Source: an uncultured Clostridia bacterium
GTDB lineage: Bacteria > Bacillota > Clostridia > Christensenellales > CAG-917
Length of the DNA stretch: 64,000 nucleotides
NCBI GenBank assembly: GCA_949286725.1
Contig: CASECZ010000002.1
Coordinates: 348,635-412,634 of the forward strand
Direction: 5' to 3'
The position numbers and the translations under genes are program-made. How positions within the stretch are numbered: the first letter of the stretch is position 1; every line of letters begins with the position of its first letter. The notes beneath the pieces were generated by a model. That model ran no database searches, was not told where the DNA came from, and saw only the letters and a list, made by a program, of their open reading frames with translations. Below, one piece after another: positions 57,616 to 64,000 of this stretch.

Positions 57616-58580
57616 CCTTCAAAGAAAACGCCGTAAAAGAACTGCTCACCGTGCTCCCTCGCACCGCCGAGGGCAAATTGTCCTTTATATGCGCCGCCGC
57701 AAAACAGGCGGGCTCGCTCAACATATCGGGCAAACGCACCAACCTTGTCATCGCGCTGTCCTCCTACGAGGAGTGTCTTGCGATGGTGGAAATGCTCAAA
57801 AGCATTTATCCCACGGAGTTCGAAATCACGGTTGCGCACATCAGGTCGGGCGTACGCAAAGGCGGCACTTCCTATACGGTAGCCGTGCCGACGGGGTTTA
57901 CGAAACAAGTGCTTGCTGACACGCATCTTGTCCGCGATGACGGAGAGGACGACGGGGAGTGCATACCCGCGTTCGTGCGGGCAAACCGCGAAAATTCCGT
58001 CGCCTACCTCAAAGGGCTTTTCCTCGTGTGCGGCAGCGTTTATGTGCCGTCCGCGGGCGACGAGGACGAAAAGCGGGAGGGTTACCATTTCGAATTTATG
58101 GTGGAAGACGGCGATTTGGCGGGGGAAGTATGCGACCTGCTCGAAAAGCTGGGCATAAACGCAAAGACCAGCGAGCGCGGCAACAACTTCCTCGTCTACC
58201 TCAAAGACAAGGACGAAATTCTGCATATGCTGGCGGAACTGGAACTGGGCGACAGCGTGCTCAAACTCAAAGCCATAATCGATGAACGCGAAACCGCCAA
58301 CAGCATAAACCGCGTGACGATATGCGAGGCGGCAAACCTCGACAAGACGTACGCCGCCGCGTCGAAACAGCTCATGGCAATCGGCGAGATAGAGGAAAAA
58401 TTCGGGCTGGACGTCCTTTCGCCCGCACTGCGCGAAACAGCCTGCGCGCGTATGGAATATCAGCAGGCGAGTATGAACGAACTTGCCGAAATTCTAGGCA
58501 TAACCAAAAGCTGTCTGAATCACCGACTGCGCAAAATCGTCGAAATCGCCGAAAGCGGCGCGGACGACGCAGAGGAGTAA
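57612..58580 (+). CDS. whiA: DNA-binding protein WhiA
   Basis: MTFKENAVKELL.., LAGLIDADG-derived YLKGLFLVCGSV, C-terminal HTH NELAEILGITKSCLNHRLRKI. 322 aa. Confidence 0.93.
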   Translation: MTFKENAVKELLTVLPRTAEGKLSFICAAAKQAGSLNISGKRTNLVIALSSYEECLAMVEMLKSIYPTEFEITVAHIRSGVRKGGTSYTVAVPTGFTKQVLADTHLVRDDGEDDGECIPAFVRANRENSVAYLKGLFLVCGSVYVPSAGDEDEKREGYHFEFMVEDGDLAGEVCDLLEKLGINAKTSERGNNFLVYLKDKDEILHMLAELELGDSVLKLKAIIDERETANSINRVTICEAANLDKTYAAASKQLMAIGEIEEKFGLDVLSPALRETACARMEYQQASMNELAEILGITKSCLNHRLRKIVEIAESGADDAEE

Positions 58581-58640
58581 CGGCGACGCAAAAGGCATTT
58601 TACACACACAAAAAGATACGATAAACCTACGGAGAAGAGA

Positions 58641-61600
58641 ATGAGCGATTTCGTACATCTGCATTTGCACAGCGAATACAGTCTGCTTGACGGGGCAATC
58701 AGGCTCAATCAGAGCGTGTTGTCTGACCAGGAGGCGGACAAGGTTCTGCATATATCGCCGCTCGGCGACGCGCTCAAACAGCTGAACATGAGCGCGGTTG
58801 CAATCACCGACCACGGCAACCTTTACGGCGTACATACCTTCGTCGACGTCATGCGTCAGGCGGGCATCAAGCCCATCATCGGCAGCGAGTTCTACGTCGC
58901 CGACAATCTGTACGTCAAGACCCCCGAAACCCTCCATCGCAGGGAACATCTCATTCTGCTCGCCAAAAACCTGACGGGCTACAAAAACCTGATGAAGTTG
59001 TCCACGATTTCCTTCGTGGACGGGTTCTATATGAAACCGAGGATTGACCTCGACACTCTCGAAAAGTATTCCGAAGGGCTGATATGCTGTTCCGCCTGTA
59101 TCGCGGGCGGCATTCCTTCGCGCCTTCTCAAAAACGATTACGAGGGCGCGAAGGCGTACGCATTGCGGCTCAAAAACATGTTCGAGGAGGGCGACTTCTA
59201 TATCGAGTTGCAGGACCACGGACTGGAAGACGAGAAAAAGGTGCTCAACAAACTGGTGCAGCTTGCGCGTGATATAGGCGTCAAGGTAGTTGCCACCAAC
59301 GACGTACACTACCTGCGCCGCGAGGACGCCGACACGCAGGACACGATGATGTGCATCAACCTGCAATGCAAGAAGACGGACACCGTCGGCGTGCGTTTCG
59401 AAAACGACAGTTTCTACCTCAAAAGCGGCGAGGAAATGGAAGAACTGTTTTCGTGGATACCCGAGGCAATCGAAAGCACCAAGGAAATCGCGGACAAGGT
59501 GGACGGGTCGTACTTCGTCGTCAAGTACAAAAAGACTTTCATTCCGCATTTCGAAACGGAGGATATGAACGGCAGGGACGCCAAGCAGTATCTGCACGAC
59601 CTTGCCTGGGACAATATCACGAGGCGCTACAAGGAAATCACGCCAGAAATCGAACAGAGGCTCAACTACGAACTCGGCGTTATAGACCGATGCGGCTTCA
59701 ACGACTACTTCCTCATCGTGTGGGACTTCGTGCACGCGGCGAAGCAGAAGGGCATACCCGTGGGACCCGGCAGAGGCAGCGGCGTGGGAAGTCTTGTCGC
59801 CTATTCGATAGGCATTACGGACGTCGACCCGTTGCGCTACAATCTGCTGTTCGAGCGTTTCCTTTCGGAGGAGCGCATTTCGATGCCCGACTTCGACATC
59901 GACTTCTGTTTCGTCAGGCGTCCCGAAATCATCGAGTACGTGGTGGGCAAGTACGGCGCGCCCAACGTGGCGCAGATTATCGCCTATTCCACGATGAGCG
60001 CGAAAGCCGTTGTCAAGGATGTCGCGCGCGTTTACGACGTGCCGTACACCGACGCCAACACGTGGGTCAAGGATATCCCCGTGGGCAAAGTTTTGCTCCG
60101 TCAGTGCCTCACCCCGTCGAGCAAGTTCTATTCGGACGATTTCGCGAAACTCTACAACACCAACCCCACGGCGAAGAACGTCATCGACACGGCGATACAG
60201 CTCGAAGGCATGCCGCGCCAGACTTCTATGCACGCGGCGGGCGTCGTCATCTGCGGCGACCCGATTGTAGAGCACGTGCCCCTTTCGCGCAACGGCGAGG
60301 ACATCACCACGCAGTTCGACAAGAATATGGTCGAGGCGCAGGGACTTCTCAAAATGGACTTCCTCGGGCTTAAAACCCTGACCGATATCAGCGAGGCTCT
60401 CAAACTGATAAAAGAGGACAAGGGCGTCGACGTGGATTTCAACAAACTGGGTTACGAGGACGCCAACGTCTACAATTTGATAGCGGGCGGCGACTGCGAG
60501 GCGGTTTTCCAGCTGGAAGGCGGCGGAATAAAGAAGTTCATGATGCAGTTGCAGCCGACCTCTCTCGAAGACGTAATGGCGGGCATATCCATGTACCGAC
60601 CCGGTCCGATGCAGTTCCTCGACATCTTCATTCAGGGCAAGCGGCACCCCGACAAGGTGCAGTACGCGCACCCGCTTCTCAAAAAGGTGCTGGAAACGAC
60701 GTACGGTTGCATAGTCTATCAGGAGCAGGTTATGCAGATTGCGCAGGTCATCGCGGGGTATTCCTTCGGCGGCGCGGACATAATGCGACGCGCAATCGCC
60801 AAAAAGAAACTCGACGTCCTGCAACAGCAGAAGGAGATTTTCATCAACGGCGGCGTGTTGCCCGGCGACATCACGCAGAAGCAGATACCCGGTGCGGTGG
60901 CAAACGGTGTCAGCGCGGAAGTGGCGACGGATTTGTTCAATCAGATACTCAAATTCGCCGAATACGCTTTCAACAAGTCGCACGCGGCGGCGTACGCCGT
61001 ACTGGCGTATCAGACGGGCTGGCTGAAATGCTATTATCCCACGCACTTCATAACCGCCGTCATCAACAACCGCATTACCAATGCGGACGAAACCAAACAT
61101 TACATAAACTATCTGCGCCGTTGCGGGGTGTGCATACTGGCACCCGACATCAACCGCTCCAAAAAGGTGTTCTCGATTGAGAACGACAACGTGCGTTACG
61201 GGCTTATGGGCATAAAGAACGTGGGCGAGCAGGCAATGGAATTCGTACTCAAAGAGCGCGCGGCGGGCGGCGCGTTCACGGATATGCGCAACTTCCTCGA
61301 AAGGTGCGCGGGACAGGTCAACAAGCGAATGGTCGAGAGCCTTATCAAGGGCGGCGCGTTCGACTGTTTCGGCAAGACGCGTTCAACGCTTATGGCGTCG
61401 TACGAGCGCATAATGGACGCCGTGGCGACGGACAGGAAGAACAAGCAGGAAGGGCAGATGTCCCTGTTCGACGATCTCGTCGAAGACGTGACGGTGAAAT
61501 ATACGGAACTTGCCGAGTACGACAAGGCGCAGATACTCTCGGGCGAGAAGGAAGTGCTTGGTATGTACATCAGCGGACACCCGCTCGACGACTACGTCGC

Positions 61601-62204
61601 GGCGGCGGGCGAGTTCGATTTCGACACCTCGATGCTGACGGTGTCGGACGTTGACGAAAACGGTGAAGAGGTGCGCAAAGTCAACTCCGAACTCAACGGG
61701 CGCACTGTGCGAATGGGGTGCATCATCTCGTCGGCGGAGCGCAAATTCACGGGCAAACAGCAGCGGTTTGCGGTCGGCAGACTGGAAGACAGGGAAGGCA
61801 CGGTCGCGTTTTCGATGTATCCGCGCGCATACGAACAGTACGGCACGTTGCTGGAAGCCGATTGTCCCGTCAAGGTGTACGGCAAAATAGACCTGCGCGA
61901 CGAGAGCGAGCCCAAAATCAGCGTGGAGAAAATGGAAGTCTGGGAAAACAAGCGCAAGAAAGAGCAGAACGCCACCAAGACGGGCGTTGTGTACGTGCTG
62001 GTCGAGGACGACGCCGTGCGCAAACTTGTCACGGGCGTGCTCGCGATGTTCCCCGGCGATATTCCCGTCAGGGCGCAGATGTGCGTGAACGGCAAAATGT
62101 GCCTCAAAGAGTTCCGTCAGCGCGTCGAGCCGACGGACGAACTGATAAAACGGCTTGCCAATATCGTGGGCGAAAGCAAAGTTCGTTACGTAAAAGCAAA
62201 CTGA
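58641..62204 (+). CDS. dnaE: DNA polymerase III alpha subunit (DnaE type)
   Basis: PHP N-terminus FVHLHLHSEYSLLDG, palm GRGSGVGSLVAYSIGIT and MPDFDIDF. 1187 aa. Confidence 0.97.
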   Translation: MSDFVHLHLHSEYSLLDGAIRLNQSVLSDQEADKVLHISPLGDALKQLNMSAVAITDHGNLYGVHTFVDVMRQAGIKPIIGSEFYVADNLYVKTPETLHRREHLILLAKNLTGYKNLMKLSTISFVDGFYMKPRIDLDTLEKYSEGLICCSACIAGGIPSRLLKNDYEGAKAYALRLKNMFEEGDFYIELQDHGLEDEKKVLNKLVQLARDIGVKVVATNDVHYLRREDADTQDTMMCINLQCKKTDTVGVRFENDSFYLKSGEEMEELFSWIPEAIESTKEIADKVDGSYFVVKYKKTFIPHFETEDMNGRDAKQYLHDLAWDNITRRYKEITPEIEQRLNYELGVIDRCGFNDYFLIVWDFVHAAKQKGIPVGPGRGSGVGSLVAYSIGITDVDPLRYNLLFERFLSEERISMPDFDIDFCFVRRPEIIEYVVGKYGAPNVAQIIAYSTMSAKAVVKDVARVYDVPYTDANTWVKDIPVGKVLLRQCLTPSSKFYSDDFAKLYNTNPTAKNVIDTAIQLEGMPRQTSMHAAGVVICGDPIVEHVPLSRNGEDITTQFDKNMVEAQGLLKMDFLGLKTLTDISEALKLIKEDKGVDVDFNKLGYEDANVYNLIAGGDCEAVFQLEGGGIKKFMMQLQPTSLEDVMAGISMYRPGPMQFLDIFIQGKRHPDKVQYAHPLLKKVLETTYGCIVYQEQVMQIAQVIAGYSFGGADIMRRAIAKKKLDVLQQQKEIFINGGVLPGDITQKQIPGAVANGVSAEVATDLFNQILKFAEYAFNKSHAAAYAVLAYQTGWLKCYYPTHFITAVINNRITNADETKHYINYLRRCGVCILAPDINRSKKVFSIENDNVRYGLMGIKNVGEQAMEFVLKERAAGGAFTDMRNFLERCAGQVNKRMVESLIKGGAFDCFGKTRSTLMASYERIMDAVATDRKNKQEGQMSLFDDLVEDVTVKYTELAEYDKAQILSGEKEVLGMYISGHPLDDYVAAAGEFDFDTSMLTVSDVDENGEEVRKVNSELNGRTVRMGCIISSAERKFTGKQQRFAVGRLEDREGTVAFSMYPRAYEQYGTLLEADCPVKVYGKIDLRDESEPKISVEKMEVWENKRKKEQNATKTGVVYVLVEDDAVRKLVTGVLAMFPGDIPVRAQMCVNGKMCLKEFRQRVEPTDELIKRLANIVGESKVRYVKAN

Positions 62205-62217
62205 GCCTGCCGATTCG

Positions 62218-62246
62218 AGACCTTCCCGCACGGGAAGGTTTCTTTT
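62218..62246 (+). terminator. Intrinsic terminator after dnaE
   Basis: accttccc-gcac-gggaaggt followed by ttcttttgg. Confidence 0.75.
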
Positions 62247-62257
62247 GGAATTTATGC

Positions 62258-62286
62258 TTTACATTTTAACTAATCTTATATATAAT
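62258..62286 (+). promoter_or_regulatory. Sigma-70-like promoter for pfkA
   Basis: TTTACA-17 nt-TATAAT. Confidence 0.55.
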
Positions 62287-62335
62287 TGACACGATAGCGT
62301 TTTTTGTGCGCGAAACCAGTCAAAGAGGTAGTGCT

Positions 62336-63322
62336 ATGGCAAGAAACAACCCCAAAGAAAAGAAACTCGCAATTCTCACCAGCGGCGGCGACTCGTCGGG
62401 TATGAACGCCTGTATCAGGGCGGCAGTCCGTTATGCGATGAGCAAAGGGTACGAAGTTTACGGCGTACGCCACGGTTACGTCGGTCTTATAAACGACGAC
62501 ATCTTCGAAATGCAGTATAGCAGCGTTTCCAACTGCGTGCATACGGGCGGCACCATTCTGCGCACGGGCAGAACCAACGACTTCAAAAAGCCCGAAGTGT
62601 TGCAGGCAGCAGCGCATAATCTCACCAAACGCGGCATTCACAACCTTATCGTAATAGGCGGCGACGGTTCCTTCCGCGGAGTGGAAGACCTGCACCAGAA
62701 CGCGGATATCAACGTCATCGGCGTTCCGGGCACCATTGACAACGATATGGGTTACACGGACTATACCATCGGTTTCGACACGGCGTGCAATACCGTGCTT
62801 GACGCAATGCTCAAATTGCGCGACACCATCACCTCTCACGACAGAATTATGGTGCTTGAAGTTATGGGCAGAGCCTGCGGCGACATCGCGCTTTACACTG
62901 CGGTTGCGGGCGGCGCGGAATACGTAATTCTTCCCGAAGCGCCCGTCGACGTGGACGCCATTGCGGCAAGCGTCAAAAAAGGGTTCGACAAAGGCAAGAC
63001 CTCTACGATTATCGTGCTTGCCGAAGGCAGAGTGGACGTTAAGGACGAACTTATGGAAAAGGTCAAAGCCTCCACGGGCAGAACGGTCAACCATATTGCG
63101 CTCAGCTACATTCAGCGCGGCGGCACACCTTCAATGTTCGACAGAGTGCTGGCAAGTCGTATGGCGGTGCGTGCGGTCGAACTCATTGAGTGCGGCCAGA
63201 GCGGCAGAGCGGTCGGCGTGCGTGGCGGAGACCTCATCGATATGAACGTCATAGAAGCGTTGAACTATCCCAAGAAGTTCGACACCCAGCTTTACGAAAT
63301 CGCGCAGAAAATCAGCAAGTGA
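62336..63322 (+). CDS. pfkA: ATP-dependent 6-phosphofructokinase
   Basis: LTSGGDSSGMNA, IGGDGS, PGTIDND, MGR. AAAGAGG RBS. The start is MARNNPKEKKLAILT. Confidence 0.95.
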   Translation: MARNNPKEKKLAILTSGGDSSGMNACIRAAVRYAMSKGYEVYGVRHGYVGLINDDIFEMQYSSVSNCVHTGGTILRTGRTNDFKKPEVLQAAAHNLTKRGIHNLIVIGGDGSFRGVEDLHQNADINVIGVPGTIDNDMGYTDYTIGFDTACNTVLDAMLKLRDTITSHDRIMVLEVMGRACGDIALYTAVAGGAEYVILPEAPVDVDAIAASVKKGFDKGKTSTIIVLAEGRVDVKDELMEKVKASTGRTVNHIALSYIQRGGTPSMFDRVLASRMAVRAVELIECGQSGRAVGVRGGDLIDMNVIEALNYPKKFDTQLYEIAQKISK

Positions 63323-63341
63323 TTTCCATTGCGACAAAAAG

Positions 63342-63372
63342 AAACGGCTGCCAAGCGGGCAGCCGTTTTTGT
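63342..63372. terminator. Bidirectional terminator between convergent pfkA and luxS
   Basis: acggctgcc-aagcg-ggcagccgt with flanking A-run and T-run. Confidence 0.8.
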
Positions 63373-63428
63373 TCGCGAGGGAGTTGCGGCAACGGCGGGT
63401 GATGCGTCGCCGCTCGCGTTTCGTGCCG

Positions 63429-63902
63429 TCAGTCGGGATAGACGAAACGGGGATTTTCCGTCAATTCTTTCAGATATCTTTCAACGTAAAATTTCGCCGT
63501 CGACAGGTTCTGTTCGAGATAGTTGCCGCATTCGGCGGCGCGCGCACCGGGTATCTCGCCCTCATAGTTCAGAATGAACCCGCACATGTCGCGGATATCC
63601 CGCACCACATCTTCGGGGGAGAGGTCGCCGAACATCAGCAGATAGAACCCCGTGCGGCAACCCATGGGTCCGAAATAGACTATGTCGTCCTTGCGGGCGG
63701 AGTTGCGCAGGTAGGTCGCGCCGAGGTGTTCCACGGTGTGGACGGCGGGCATGTCCATAACGGGCTCGCGGTTGGGAGCGGTGAAGCGCAAATCGAAGGT
63801 TGTGACGACGACGCCGTCGCGCGCGTCCTTGCGCGACACGTAAAGCCCGGGCAGTAGTTCGAGGTGGTTGATTGTGAAACTTGCGATTTTTTCCGTTTTC
63901 AT
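63429..63902 (-). CDS. luxS: S-ribosylhomocysteine lyase
   Basis: HTVEHL metal site and GPMGCRTGFY. 157 aa starting at MKTEKIASF. The track's 20-codon extension is rejected. Confidence 0.95.
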   Translation of the reverse strand: MKTEKIASFTINHLELLPGLYVSRKDARDGVVVTTFDLRFTAPNREPVMDMPAVHTVEHLGATYLRNSARKDDIVYFGPMGCRTGFYLLMFGDLSPEDVVRDIRDMCGFILNYEGEIPGARAAECGNYLEQNLSTAKFYVERYLKELTENPRFVYPD

Positions 63903-64000
63903 ACCGACATTTTGCCACCCGCGAGCGCATATGTCAACCCGCAACTCCGCACTTTCGCGCATAAATCGCGCAAGTCGCCGCGCGGGCGGCTTTTGAGGTG

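Noticed and set aside
56223-58580. 785-codon ORF suggesting a very long WhiA
   Set aside because: Its first 463 codons overlap murB and the PHP gene out of frame. WhiA homology begins at MTFKENAV (ATG 57612, ATGA-coupled to the PHP gene stop).

Overview
This is a 64-kb chromosomal segment, mostly coded on the plus strand and rich in housekeeping genes. It looks like a moderately high-GC (roughly 55-60% by eye) Firmicutes/Clostridia-type anaerobe. Supporting markers are WhiA, HPr kinase, an Enterococcus-type ntpFIKECGABD V-ATPase operon, rpmE-DUF1385-prmC-prfA synteny, DUF4364, DUF5685, GTP-PEPCK and a Re-citrate-synthase-like enzyme. I call 48 protein-coding genes (one cut by the left edge), 11 sigma-70-like promoters and 15 intrinsic-terminator hairpins. 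I recognise no rRNA, tRNA, CRISPR array, transposase/integrase or known defence/toxin module. The many 300-1800-codon ORFs antisense to conserved genes are GC-driven shadow ORFs. I see no convincing complete novel multi-gene system; every item below is a hypothesis that needs database or experimental checks. Stand-out observations: (1) a 9.6-kb gene for a 3,203-aa tail-anchored surface protein made of MBG/YDG-type repeats, whose first ~2.3 kb is much lower in G+C than the rest; (2) a 1.25-kb gene-free island between the divergent M20-peptidase and pck promoters, with an A-rich/T-depleted block, an internal terminator-like hairpin and a G+T-rich block carrying two G-quadruplex-type repeats; (3) a promoter, ~90-nt structured RNA and strong terminator (riboswitch/attenuator-like leader) in front of a TM1266-type ACT protein and a NitT/TauT ABC transporter whose binding protein looks circularly permuted; (4) a translationally coupled triad of DUF5685, a J-like/TPR protein with an 11-Cys C-terminal string, and a membrane protein; (5) a MacB-type ABC pair coupled to a 607-aa orphan lipoprotein; (6) a DUF1385-PrmC fusion.
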